A stretch of 64,000 nt of DNA from an uncultured Anaerolineaceae bacterium. Lineage in GTDB: Bacteria > Chloroflexota > Anaerolineae > Aggregatilineales > Phototrophicaceae. The DNA lies in the NCBI GenBank assembly GCA_964593565.1, contig CAZQIY010000005.1:18334-82333 (forward strand), in the 5' to 3' direction. Under the pieces are notes generated by a model. It did no database searches and was not told the origin of the DNA. It was given only the letters and a program-made list of their open reading frames with translations. The translations under genes were made by a program, and so were the position numbers. This document shows positions 52,158 through 61,925 of the stretch, in pieces; the first letter of the stretch is position 1, and each line of letters starts with the position of its first letter.

Positions 52158-55100
52158 ATGGCAACGACGATTGAACATCCCTCACAGACAGAGGCGGTCA
52201 GCCCGCTGAACCGTTTTCTGCTGACTTCTCAGGCCGTAAACTGGGAAATCATCGCCTACACGGTCATCTTCCTGCTGGCGATCTTCACGCGCTTTTACAT
52301 GCTGGGCGATCGGGTGATGAGCCACGACGAAAGCCTGCACACCCGCTACTCGTACAATCTGTACGCAGAAGGCGACTTCCAGCACACCCCGCTGATGCAC
52401 GGGCCGATTCTGTTCCACATCACCGGCTTTTTCTACTTCCTGTTTGGCGACAACGATTTTACGTCGCGCATTTATCCGGCGGCGCTGGGGGTGGCGATGG
52501 TGCTCATGCCGCTGCTGTTCCGCCGCTGGCTGGGGCGCACCGGGGCGCTGCTGGCGTCGATCATGCTGCTGATTTCCCCGATCATCCTGTATTACAACCG
52601 CTACATCCGGCACGATACGCCGTCGACGTTCTTTGCCCTGCTGATGCTGTATGCCATCATGATGTACCTGGCCGGGCCAGAGACGCAGCGACGGCGCGCC
52701 CACTGGCTCTATCTGCTGGCCGGGGCCATGATCGGCAACCTGGGGTCGAAGGAAACCTCGTTTATTTACATCGCCATTTTCGGCAGTTTCCTCACGCTGT
52801 ACTGGCTGGTGCGGCTGGGGCAGCATCTGTGGCGCTGGCGGGGCAGGACGCTGTTTTATTTCCTGACAGTGGGCATTCTGCTGGCGGGGGTGGCCGCGCT
52901 TGGCATTTATGTGGTCTGGTCAATTGTCACACCGGAGCGCGCAGCAGAGGCGGCCCAGCTCAACGGTGGCTGGCTGGCGAGCGTGGATTCCGCCACCTTT
53001 ATCCTGGGGACTCTGGTAGTGTTCGCGGTGGTGGTGGTCGTCATGCTGGCGACTCTGCTGTGGGCGTTCCGCCGCAGCCAGGTTTCGATTCGCCGCAGCG
53101 ATGTTGTGGCGCTGGTGCTGATCGCTGTGATCGTCTGCGCAGGTCTGATCATTATTGAGGAACTGTCGCATGTCAGCCCGGCCAGTTCTGCGGAGACAGC
53201 CGCGCCTTCTGTGCCCGGCGAGGAAATGGTCGAAACCGGCGTTGGACTGCGCTCTCTGCCGCTGATTATCGCCTGGGTGCTGGCCGCGCTGGTGGTGCTG
53301 GGGGTGCTGGCCTCCTGGCGGCTGGGCTGGTGGCAGACGCTGCACCAGTTCCCGGAACTGGATATTCTCCTCGTCATGGGCACGCTGATTCTGCCCTGGC
53401 TGGCGCCGTTTATTATTACGGCGATGGGGGTGGTTGCCACAGATTATTCTACTGATGGCATTGTCCGCGCTGTGCTGGCGCTGATCCCGCTGGCCGCCAT
53501 TTCGATTACGGTCGGGCTGGTGTGGAACTGGCGGCGCTGGCTGGTGTGCGTGGCGATCTTTTACGCTATTTTCGCCTTTTTCTTTACGACTATGTTTACC
53601 AATATCAACGGCCTGGCCACCGGCGTGATCGGCAGTCTGGGCTACTGGCTGGAACAGCAGGGCGTGCGCCGGGGCAGCCAGCCGCAGTATTATTACCTGG
53701 CCCTGATTATGCCGTTTTATGAATTTCTGCCGGTGCTGGGCAGTATCCTGGCCATGTTCAGCGGCCTGTCCCTGTTCTGGGGCTACCGCCGCCGCCGTCT
53801 GGCAGAAGAAGAAGCAGGGCTGGCGCTGGCCAGCATCAATGGCGACGAGCCGCCGCTGGCGGATGCAGACGACCCGGAAGCTGAAATTCCCGCGCTCAGC
53901 GAACTGGTGGTGGACGCGCCATCTGAAACAGAGCCGGGGGTGGTGCCGGATGCATCGGCCTATATCGACGGAAAGCGTAAGGAACGGGCCGACTGGCTGG
54001 ATCGCCTGCCATTTCTGCTGTTTGTCAGTTGGTGGTCCATCCTCAACCTGGTGGGGTATACGCTGGCGGGCGAAAAGATGCCCTGGCTGGGCACCCATCT
54101 GACTCTGCCGCTGATCTTCCTGACGGGCTGGTACTTCGGCAGAATCTTCGAGCGCATCGACTGGCAGAAGTTCCGGCAGGGCGGCTGGTTGTATCTGGTG
54201 CTGCTGCCGCTGCTGTTTGTCACGCTGTTTCAGGTTATCATGCCGTTTATTTTTGGGCGCGGGCCGTTCGCCGGGCTGGAACAGGCGCAGTTGGCGCAGT
54301 CTGGCCAGTGGCTGGCGGTGGTGGCCGTCAGCGGCTTTGTGGTGCTGGCCATCTACCAGCTTGTCGAACGCACGGGCTGGCGGCATCTACGCGGCATGTT
54401 CGCGCTGGCGCTGTTTGGTTTCCTCAGCCTGCTGACGGCGCGCTCTGCCTTTATGGCCTCGTTCATCAACTATGATCTGGCCACAGAATATCTGGTGTAT
54501 GCGCACGCGGCCCCGGCGGTCAAAACGGTGCTTGATGACATCGAGGAAATGAGCCTGCGCACCACAGATGGCTATGACCTGAGCTTTGCCTACGATAACG
54601 AGGTATCCTGGCCATATAGCTGGTATTTCCGCAATTATCCTAACGCGCAGTACTTTGGCAGCAGCCCCAGCCGCCCGGTTATCGACAATTCTATGGCGGT
54701 GGTGGTAGGCGAGGCCAATCGCGCCGCAGTCGAACCGCTGCTGGAAGATCGCTTCTATCACTTCGAATATATCCGGCTGTGGTGGCCCATGCAGGATTAT
54801 TTCAACCTGACGCCGGAACGCCTGCTGAACGCGCTCGACTTTTCGCCGGATAACCCCAATGCCGCCCTGGTGCGGCGCGGCCTGTTTGATATCTGGTGGT
54901 CGCGCGATTACACCACCTATGGGCAGGCGGTGTCGCGCAGCTTTGATGTCACGCGCTGGCCGGTGTCGGACCGGATGCATTACTACGTGCGCAAGGATGT
55001 CGCTTCTGAAATCTGGACTCTGGGTGTGGGCGAAGGCAGCGTTGCCAACCCGCTGGATGAACTGGAGGTCAACGTCTGTAATGCCAACTGGCAGTTGATG

Positions 55101-56132
55101 GCGGCGGATGTGGTCATGGGCAGCCTGGGGCCAGCAGACGGGCAGTTGAACCGTCCGGTAGGGCTGGCGATTGGCCCGGATAACACCCTGTACATTGCTG
55201 AAGAATCCAACGATCGGCTGTCTGCCTATACCACGCAGGGCGAATTTATACGCACCTTTGGCGACGGCGATGGCCTGGTGTTCGCGCGTCCCAACAGCGT
55301 CAGTGTCGGGCCGGATGGCAATCTGTATGTGGCGGATACCTGGAATTACCAGATTCTGGTGCTGTCGCCCGAAGGCGAAGTGCTCAACCGCTGGGGCGAG
55401 CCGGGTGAGTATGGCCAGAACGCGCAGACCGAACCGGTCTATGGGTTCTGGGGGCCGCGTGATGTGGTGGTGGACGGCGAAGGCCGGGTGTTTGTGGCCG
55501 ATACAGGCAACAAACGTGTGCGGGTGTACACGTCTGATGGCCAGCATATCCGCGACATCGGTTCTGCTGGCAGCGCCCCCGGCCAGCTCGATGAACCCAG
55601 CGGCCTGGCGCTGCATCCGGATGGCCGCCTGTTTGTGGCAGACTACTGGAACCGGCGTATTTCGGTCTTCAACGTGAATGGCGAGTTTCTGTACACCTTC
55701 CCGGTGCGCGCCTGGTACGACGAACAGGGCAACCGGCCTTACATGGCGGTGGATGTCGCCCGCGACCAGCTTTACGTGACGGACCCGGATGCCGGGCGCG
55801 TGCTTGTCTATAACACCGCTGGCGACTGTCTGGGATCGTTTGGCCAGCCCAGCCGCGAAGGCTTTGATGCGACACAGTTCCGCGTCTCTGGCGGCGTCGC
55901 GGTGGGATCAGATGGCGCTGTGTTTGTGTCGGATGCGGGCACGGGCCGTGTCCTGCGCTTCGCGCCGTTTGAATCCGGGCTGGACCCGGCCGGGGCGCAG
56001 CAGGAGCAGGCCCCGCTGGATGACGCGGCGGGCGAGGAAGAGGCCGCCCTGCAGGACGAAATCACCGAAGAAATCACGGCGGAAATCACACCTGAAACAG
56101 AGGCCACCAGCGAAGTGGAATCTGTAGACTAG
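52158..56132 (+). CDS. TIGR03663-like GT-C-type membrane protein fused to a C-terminal six-blade NHL-repeat propeller, 1324 aa
   Basis: N-terminal MSHDESLH (DE at 52326-52331) and LMHGPILFH (HGP at 52398-52406). About 15 TM helices. The C-terminus has repeated NHL units (RPVGLAIGPDNTLYIAEESNDRL, PNSVSVGPDGNLYVADTWNYQI, PRDVVVDGEGRVFVADTGNKRV, PSGLALHPDGRLFVADYWNRRI, and others) and an acidic tail. Confidence 0.8.
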   Translation: MATTIEHPSQTEAVSPLNRFLLTSQAVNWEIIAYTVIFLLAIFTRFYMLGDRVMSHDESLHTRYSYNLYAEGDFQHTPLMHGPILFHITGFFYFLFGDNDFTSRIYPAALGVAMVLMPLLFRRWLGRTGALLASIMLLISPIILYYNRYIRHDTPSTFFALLMLYAIMMYLAGPETQRRRAHWLYLLAGAMIGNLGSKETSFIYIAIFGSFLTLYWLVRLGQHLWRWRGRTLFYFLTVGILLAGVAALGIYVVWSIVTPERAAEAAQLNGGWLASVDSATFILGTLVVFAVVVVVMLATLLWAFRRSQVSIRRSDVVALVLIAVIVCAGLIIIEELSHVSPASSAETAAPSVPGEEMVETGVGLRSLPLIIAWVLAALVVLGVLASWRLGWWQTLHQFPELDILLVMGTLILPWLAPFIITAMGVVATDYSTDGIVRAVLALIPLAAISITVGLVWNWRRWLVCVAIFYAIFAFFFTTMFTNINGLATGVIGSLGYWLEQQGVRRGSQPQYYYLALIMPFYEFLPVLGSILAMFSGLSLFWGYRRRRLAEEEAGLALASINGDEPPLADADDPEAEIPALSELVVDAPSETEPGVVPDASAYIDGKRKERADWLDRLPFLLFVSWWSILNLVGYTLAGEKMPWLGTHLTLPLIFLTGWYFGRIFERIDWQKFRQGGWLYLVLLPLLFVTLFQVIMPFIFGRGPFAGLEQAQLAQSGQWLAVVAVSGFVVLAIYQLVERTGWRHLRGMFALALFGFLSLLTARSAFMASFINYDLATEYLVYAHAAPAVKTVLDDIEEMSLRTTDGYDLSFAYDNEVSWPYSWYFRNYPNAQYFGSSPSRPVIDNSMAVVVGEANRAAVEPLLEDRFYHFEYIRLWWPMQDYFNLTPERLLNALDFSPDNPNAALVRRGLFDIWWSRDYTTYGQAVSRSFDVTRWPVSDRMHYYVRKDVASEIWTLGVGEGSVANPLDELEVNVCNANWQLMAADVVMGSLGPADGQLNRPVGLAIGPDNTLYIAEESNDRLSAYTTQGEFIRTFGDGDGLVFARPNSVSVGPDGNLYVADTWNYQILVLSPEGEVLNRWGEPGEYGQNAQTEPVYGFWGPRDVVVDGEGRVFVADTGNKRVRVYTSDGQHIRDIGSAGSAPGQLDEPSGLALHPDGRLFVADYWNRRISVFNVNGEFLYTFPVRAWYDEQGNRPYMAVDVARDQLYVTDPDAGRVLVYNTAGDCLGSFGQPSREGFDATQFRVSGGVAVGSDGAVFVSDAGTGRVLRFAPFESGLDPAGAQQEQAPLDDAAGEEEAALQDEITEEITAEITPETEATSEVESVD

Positions 56133-56172
56133 AACTTGTCAGCAGTAGGGATTTATGCTATGATATAAGCGC

Positions 56173-56198
56173 AAAAGTGGGGCTGAAACCCCACTTTT
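56173..56198 (+). terminator. rho-independent terminator closing the glycosylation supercluster
   Basis: AAAAGTGGGG-CTGAAA-CCCCACTTTT, located 41 nt after the stop at 56132. Confidence 0.8.
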
Positions 56199-56267
56199 GT
56201 TCGTAATTGCAGGAAAACATTCCAGCCCGTATTCAGGCCATTGGAGAGTTAAGAGAAACAGGAAATT

Positions 56268-58202
56268 ATGAGAAGCGAATTCGAACTCGCCTTCAACGAG
56301 ATTACCGAGTTGCGATCGTTGCCACGTGAAGTCGTGCTGGAGGCTTTGCAGACAGCGCTGGTTTCTGCATACCGGCGTGATACTGGCGCGAGCGCAGCGC
56401 AGCGGGTCGAAGCAGATATTGACCCTACAACGGGCAGGCCGCGCATTTTTGTCGAGAAGGAAGTTGTCGATTCCGTCGAGAACCCCTGGACTGAGGTCGA
56501 TCTTGAGCAGGCGCGTTTTTATGACCCCGAAGCTCAGCCCGGGGATATGGTCATGGTGCAGGTACAGCGGACGACCAAGAAATTTGGCCGTATCGCCGCC
56601 CAGACCGCCAAGCAGGTAATCTTGCAGAAGATTCGAGAAGCTGAACGTAACTCTCTGTATGAAGAGTTTGTCGAACGCGAAGGCGACCTGATTACCGGCA
56701 CAGTACAGAGCGTCAACCCGCATGTGGTGACCCTCAGCCTGGGCCGTGCAGAAGCCGTGATGCCCCGCGCCCAGCAGATTCCTGGCGAACGGTACCGCCC
56801 GCACGACAAACTGCGCACCTATGTGGTCGAAGTCAAACGCGGCAACGGCGGCCCACAGATTATTGTCAGCCGTGGCCACAAGAATATGCTGCGCCGCCTG
56901 CTGGAATACGAAGTGCCGGAAATTTATAACGGCCAGGTGGAAATCAAGAACATCGCGCGCGAAGCGGGCTACCGTTCGAAGGTGGCTGTCGCTGCGCTGC
57001 AGGATGGCATCGACCCGGTGGGCGCCTGTGTCGGCATGCGCGGTATGCGCATTCAGAACATCGTCAAGGAACTGCACGATGAGAAGATTGACGTCATCGA
57101 GTGGGTTTCTGATCAGGAAGTGTTTATCGCCAAGGCCCTCAGCCCGGCGCGTGTGAATGGTGTTTATCTGGATGATGACCCCGGCAGCGGGCGGACCGCT
57201 GTGGTGGTTGTGCCGGATGACCAGCTTTCGCTGGCGATTGGGCGCGAGGGGCAGAATGCCCGCCTGGCCGCCAAGCTGACTGGCTGGCGCATCGACATCA
57301 AGAGCGTTTCGGAGGCCGTTCAGGACGCGCTGAACAGCATGCATGTCGAGCCGCTGTCCGAACTGGTCAATACGCAGGCAGACCTGCTGTCTGAGGTGGC
57401 GCGCATTATGGAGAAGAAGGCGGCCAGCCGCACCGTCATGCCGGAGGAATATTCCACGCTGGGGAAATTTGCCGATGTGGCCGAACGACGCCTGCTGGCA
57501 CAGCGCCAGGCCAGACGTCAGGCCCGCCAGGCAGAAATCACCGCCGTAAAGTCGACGCTGCCGGCGGGGGCGTTCCAGCTCCCCGTCGAGGCGCTGGACC
57601 TGCCGGAAGAGATTATCGAAGCCCTGCAGCCGCTGGAAAATGTGGGCGAAATTATGTGGCGCTTCCTCATCGACGAAGGTTCGCTGCATCAGATGCTGAA
57701 CAAGCTGCCGGAAGATTCCATCGCCAGGCTGCAATCTGCGCTGGATCGGGTGGTGATTCCGGAGGTGATGGAAGCCGAACTGGAAGAACACATCCCTGCT
57801 ACGGAGGCCCCGGAAGCGGTGGATGAAGCCGCGCCGCAGGAAGAGGCTGAGATCGTGGCCGAGGCTGCCGAGGCGGCTGAAGCTGTCGAGGTCGAAGAAG
57901 CGCCGGGCGCGTTTGGCGATGAAGTTCCGGAAGTGCTGCCGGTTGAGGACCAGCCAGCGGCCCCTGAAAAACCGAAAACGCGCGAGCGTGAGACCGTCTT
58001 TGAAGAGGAAGATGAATTCGAAGACGAAGACGCCGATGCGCTGCTGGATGAGGATTCACGCGATGAATCCCGCAAGAAGAAGAAAGACCGGCAGAAACGC
58101 CGCCAGTTGGTTTACGATGAGAAGCTGGGCGAAGTGGTGGCCCGCCGCCGCCGTAAAGGCCGCCGGGGCAGCCGGGACGATTGGGACGATTTTCTCGACT
58201 GA
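56268..58202 (+). CDS. nusA: transcription termination/antitermination factor NusA with long charged C-terminal extension
   Basis: 644 aa. N-terminal domain [31 protein letters not shown], an S1 domain and two KH domains ([37 protein letters not shown]). These are followed by ~300 extra residues ending acidic then basic. Confidence 0.95.
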   Translation: MRSEFELAFNEITELRSLPREVVLEALQTALVSAYRRDTGASAAQRVEADIDPTTGRPRIFVEKEVVDSVENPWTEVDLEQARFYDPEAQPGDMVMVQVQRTTKKFGRIAAQTAKQVILQKIREAERNSLYEEFVEREGDLITGTVQSVNPHVVTLSLGRAEAVMPRAQQIPGERYRPHDKLRTYVVEVKRGNGGPQIIVSRGHKNMLRRLLEYEVPEIYNGQVEIKNIAREAGYRSKVAVAALQDGIDPVGACVGMRGMRIQNIVKELHDEKIDVIEWVSDQEVFIAKALSPARVNGVYLDDDPGSGRTAVVVVPDDQLSLAIGREGQNARLAAKLTGWRIDIKSVSEAVQDALNSMHVEPLSELVNTQADLLSEVARIMEKKAASRTVMPEEYSTLGKFADVAERRLLAQRQARRQARQAEITAVKSTLPAGAFQLPVEALDLPEEIIEALQPLENVGEIMWRFLIDEGSLHQMLNKLPEDSIARLQSALDRVVIPEVMEAELEEHIPATEAPEAVDEAAPQEEAEIVAEAAEAAEAVEVEEAPGAFGDEVPEVLPVEDQPAAPEKPKTRERETVFEEEDEFEDEDADALLDEDSRDESRKKKKDRQKRRQLVYDEKLGEVVARRRRKGRRGSRDDWDDFLD

Positions 58203-58209
58203 GTGAATC

Positions 58210-58485
58210 ATGAGTGCGAAACCGTCAACGAGTCGAAAGCATGTGCCCCAGCGCACCTGCGTTATCTGTGGCCAGAAGCGGGACAAACGTTCGCTGACGC
58301 GGGTGGTTTATACCGCTGAAGGGCTTCAGATCGACCCTACGGGTAAAATGGAAGGACGTGGGGCTTATCTGTGCGAGCAGGATGCCTGTTGGCAGCGCGC
58401 ACTGACCAGCCCAATTCTCGGTAAAGCATTACGGATGACGTTAACCGATGAAGACCGTCAGTCTTTACAGCAGGCAAGGCCGTAA
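58210..58485 (+). CDS. ylxR: YlxR-family (DUF448) RNA-binding protein
   Basis: 91 aa. RTCVICGQKRDKRSLTRVV...GRGAYLC. Conserved position between nusA and infB. Confidence 0.88.
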   Translation: MSAKPSTSRKHVPQRTCVICGQKRDKRSLTRVVYTAEGLQIDPTGKMEGRGAYLCEQDACWQRALTSPILGKALRMTLTDEDRQSLQQARP

Positions 58486-58615
58486 CCCGGATGGGTAACA
58501 CCATGATGGCGTACACGGCAACCCGACAGTTTAATCATAGTTGCGCGATGGGTTAGGTAAGCAGACCACAAAATGCTTTTCCTGTCCCATCGCCTGACAC
58601 CATGCGGAGGATGCG

Positions 58616-60412
58616 ATGGCAAAGGAAAAGCAGGTTATACTCGTACCGGACTATCTTACAGTTCGTGAACTCGCAGAATTAATTGAGGCCAGTCCCATTG
58701 AGGTGATGAAGCAGTTGATCGCCAATGGGATCATGGCCTCAATTAATCAACAGGTCGATTTCGATACCGCGGCAATCGTTATCGAGGAAATGGGCTTCGA
58801 GGCGCAGTCCGAAAGCGCCCTGGTCGCCCAGGAAAAGCAGGAAGAAGCCGCCAAGGCACAGACCTGGCGCCAGCTTTATGCCGAAGAAAAACCCGAAAAC
58901 CTGACGGTACGTCCCCCGATTGTGGCGATTCTGGGCCACGTCGATCATGGCAAGACCACGCTGCTGGATACAATTCGTAAAACCCATGTGGCCGAAGGCG
59001 AGGCCGGCGGCATCACCCAGCATATTGGCGCCTATCGTGCCCAGCACAACGGCCGCACGATCACCTTTCTGGATACGCCCGGTCACGAAGCCTTTACCGC
59101 CATGCGTGCACGCGGCGCCCAGGGGGCGGATATCGCGGTGCTGGTGGTGGCCGCAGATGACGGTGTAATGCCGACCACGCGCGAGGCGATTAATCATGCC
59201 CGCGCCGCCAATGTGCCGATTGTGGTGGCCGTGACCAAAGTGGACAAACGGAATTCCAATATCGAACGGGTGAAGCAGCAGCTTGCAGAGGTGGAGCTTG
59301 TGCCGGACGACTGGGATGGCAATACGATGGTGGTGCCGGTATCTGCGCTTCAGGGCGAAGGCATCGAAGACCTGCTGGAGGCTATCCTGCTGGTGGCCGA
59401 AGACAGCAGCATCGTGGCCAACCCGAAGGCCAACCCCGCCGGGGTGGTGCTGGAAGCCAACGTGAACCCCAGCCGTGGGGTGATAGCGACTCTGCTGGTG
59501 CTCAATGGCAACCTGGAGCGCGGCGATACGATCATCGCGGGCAGCGCCTATGGCCGTATCAAGGCCATGTTCGACGAAGCAGGCAACCAGGTCAAAACGG
59601 CCGGTCCATCAACGCCGGTGGCGGTGATGGGCCTCAGCGACCTGCCAGAGCCGGGCGACAGCTTTGAAGCGGTAAAAAACGAAAAGGCCGCCCGCCAGAT
59701 CATCGCGGAGCGCGAGACAGAAGAAGCCGATGGCACCGCTGCCCGTCAGCCGGTGTCGCTTCAGGATGTCTTTGCCCAGATCGCCAGCGGCCACGCCAAG
59801 GAACTGACTATGATCCTGAAGACGGATTTTCAGGGGACGCTGCAGCCGATTGTGGATTCGCTGGATACGCTTTCGCAGAACAACCCGGAAGGCATCCGCA
59901 TTAACATTCTGGCGGCGGATACCGGCAACATTGGCGAAAGCGATGTCATGCTGGCCAGTGCTTCCGGCGCGATCATCATCGGCTTTAACGTCGACATCGA
60001 CAGCGCCGCCCGCCGCTCGGCAGATTCGCAGAGTGTGGATATCCGCCTCTATAACGTCATCTACAAACTGCTGGAAGATATCGAACTGGCGCTGCATGGT
60101 ATGCTGGAACCGCAGTATGCCGAAAAGCTGATTGGTTCTGCGGAAGTACGCCAGGTCTTCCGAATTTCCCGCCTGGGGTCGATTGCAGGCAGCTACGTAC
60201 GCGACGGCGTGATTCGACGCAACGCCCGGGCGCGGGTGCTGCGCAATGACCAGGTGCTGGCCCAGGATGTGCCGGTGGCTTCGCTCAAGCGCATTAACGA
60301 AGATGTGCGCGAGGTGCGGGCCGGTTTTGAATGCGGTATCGGGCTGGATGGCTTCAACAACTTTGAAGAAGGCGACATTATCGAATTCTTCGTCACAGAA
60401 CGTGTCAGCTAG
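58616..60412 (+). CDS. infB: translation initiation factor IF-2 (short form)
   Basis: 598 aa. IF2_N helix [21 protein letters not shown]. GTPase motifs [20 protein letters not shown] and TKVD. C-terminal IF-2 domains. Confidence 0.96.
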   Translation: MAKEKQVILVPDYLTVRELAELIEASPIEVMKQLIANGIMASINQQVDFDTAAIVIEEMGFEAQSESALVAQEKQEEAAKAQTWRQLYAEEKPENLTVRPPIVAILGHVDHGKTTLLDTIRKTHVAEGEAGGITQHIGAYRAQHNGRTITFLDTPGHEAFTAMRARGAQGADIAVLVVAADDGVMPTTREAINHARAANVPIVVAVTKVDKRNSNIERVKQQLAEVELVPDDWDGNTMVVPVSALQGEGIEDLLEAILLVAEDSSIVANPKANPAGVVLEANVNPSRGVIATLLVLNGNLERGDTIIAGSAYGRIKAMFDEAGNQVKTAGPSTPVAVMGLSDLPEPGDSFEAVKNEKAARQIIAERETEEADGTAARQPVSLQDVFAQIASGHAKELTMILKTDFQGTLQPIVDSLDTLSQNNPEGIRINILAADTGNIGESDVMLASASGAIIIGFNVDIDSAARRSADSQSVDIRLYNVIYKLLEDIELALHGMLEPQYAEKLIGSAEVRQVFRISRLGSIAGSYVRDGVIRRNARARVLRNDQVLAQDVPVASLKRINEDVREVRAGFECGIGLDGFNNFEEGDIIEFFVTERVS

Positions 60413-60509
60413 GCTTAATCGCCGGGCTGTTCAGGAACAATCGCGCGTCCGGGGATGCCCGCAGGCCCTTACAGGCCAGGGCACCCGGCGGCAGCGAGGA
60501 AGGTGAATC

Positions 60510-60875
60510 ATGACGATCAAACAGGATCGGGTTGCGGATCGCATACGCACTATCCTGAGTGAACTGCTGCTGCGTGAAATTGCCGACCCCCGTTTGCAGA
60601 ATATCACAGTGACCGAGGTCAGGCTCGACCCGGAGCTGAAGTTTGCCAATATCTATGTCAATGCGCTGGGCGATGAAAGCCGCCAGGATGAAGTGATGGA
60701 AGGGCTGATGCGTGCGCAGGGTTTTCTGCGGCGCGAAGTCGGCAAGCGTGTTCGGCTGCGCAGCGTGCCAGAACTGCATTTCCACTGGGATGTCACCCTG
60801 GAACGCAGCGAGCGCCTGAATCAACTGCTTTCGGGCCTGGATATTCCGCCGGAGGAGCCGGACGTTGATGAATAG
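60510..60875 (+). CDS. rbfA: ribosome-binding factor A
   Basis: 121 aa. RVADRIRTILSELLLREIADPRL...VTEVRLDPELKFANIYV...VPELHFHWD. Confidence 0.93.
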   Translation: MTIKQDRVADRIRTILSELLLREIADPRLQNITVTEVRLDPELKFANIYVNALGDESRQDEVMEGLMRAQGFLRREVGKRVRLRSVPELHFHWDVTLERSERLNQLLSGLDIPPEEPDVDE

Positions 60876-61857
60876 CAGCGCGAGAACAGAGTGGGCGCGG
60901 GCCACAGAGGTGGTCAGTGCTGCGCAGAAAATCCTCATCGTGACCCACATCAGCCCGGATGGCGATGCTGTAGGCTCGCTGCTGGGGCTGGGTAATGCGC
61001 TGCTGGAAAAGGGATACAAGGTCACCTGTGCGGTGGATGGCGGCGTGCCGGGTTTTCTTCGCTTTTTACCGGGTGCAGCCACTGTTCAGGAGGAACTGCA
61101 ATCCGGCGACTGGGATGTCATGATTTCCGTCGATTCCAGCGATGAAGAACGCACCGGGCAGGTGGGGGCCTATGGCCGCGCCCACAGCCGCATCGTGGTC
61201 AACCTGGATCATCACGCCACCAACACCTTTTTCGGCGATGTGTTCCTGGTGATGCCGCAGGCGGTTTCCGCTACAGAGGTGATCTACCACTGGCTGACAT
61301 CTATGGGCGCGCCGCTGTCCGATGCGGTGGCCATCCCCCTGCTGACAGGTCTTGTCACTGATACGCTGGGCTTTCGTACCACATCGGTGACGGCCAGTAC
61401 GCTGGAGATTGCCATGCGCCTGATGGCGGCCGGGGCACCGCTGGCGGAAATCACCGCCCGCACGCTGGACAGCAAGCCGTATCGCGTCGTTGAGCTGTGG
61501 AAAAACACGCTGCCTTCCGCCGTGCTGCACGATGGCATTATCGAAGCTGTTGTGTCTCAGGCAGATTTGCAGCGGGCCGGGCTGGACGAAGTGACCGATG
61601 GCGGGCTGGTCGGCTTTCTGATTCGCGTCAACGAGGCGCGGGTGGCCGTAGTGTTTAAGGAACTGGCGGACGGCCGGGTCGAGATCAGCATGCGCAGCAA
61701 GCCAGGCTATGATGTGGCGCAGGTCGCCTTTAGTCTGGGGGGCGGCGGTCATGTACAGGCCGCCGGGGCCACCATTGATGGCCCGCTGGAAGCCGCCCGT
61801 GCGCGTGTCATCGGCCTGCTGCAGCAGATGGTGGCCGCAGGCGCGCTGCTCAAATAA
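60865..61857 (+). CDS. nrnA: DHH-family phosphoesterase (NrnA-like oligoribonuclease/pAp phosphatase)
   Basis: 330 aa. HISPDGDAVGS, DHH (NLDHHATN) and DHHA1 GGGGHVQAAG. Overlaps the rbfA end by 11 nt. Confidence 0.88.
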   Translation: MMNSSARTEWARATEVVSAAQKILIVTHISPDGDAVGSLLGLGNALLEKGYKVTCAVDGGVPGFLRFLPGAATVQEELQSGDWDVMISVDSSDEERTGQVGAYGRAHSRIVVNLDHHATNTFFGDVFLVMPQAVSATEVIYHWLTSMGAPLSDAVAIPLLTGLVTDTLGFRTTSVTASTLEIAMRLMAAGAPLAEITARTLDSKPYRVVELWKNTLPSAVLHDGIIEAVVSQADLQRAGLDEVTDGGLVGFLIRVNEARVAVVFKELADGRVEISMRSKPGYDVAQVAFSLGGGGHVQAAGATIDGPLEAARARVIGLLQQMVAAGALLK

Positions 61858-61874
61858 CCGGCAGCGCCACAAAG

Positions 61875-61899
61875 AGCCAGCATAGACGCTGGCTTTTTT
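61875..61899 (+). terminator. rho-independent terminator after nrnA
   Basis: AGCCAGC-ATAGAC-GCTGGCT followed by TTTTTGTT. Confidence 0.7.
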
Positions 61900-61925
61900 G
61901 TTGTGCTTTTGTAGAATCACACCTT

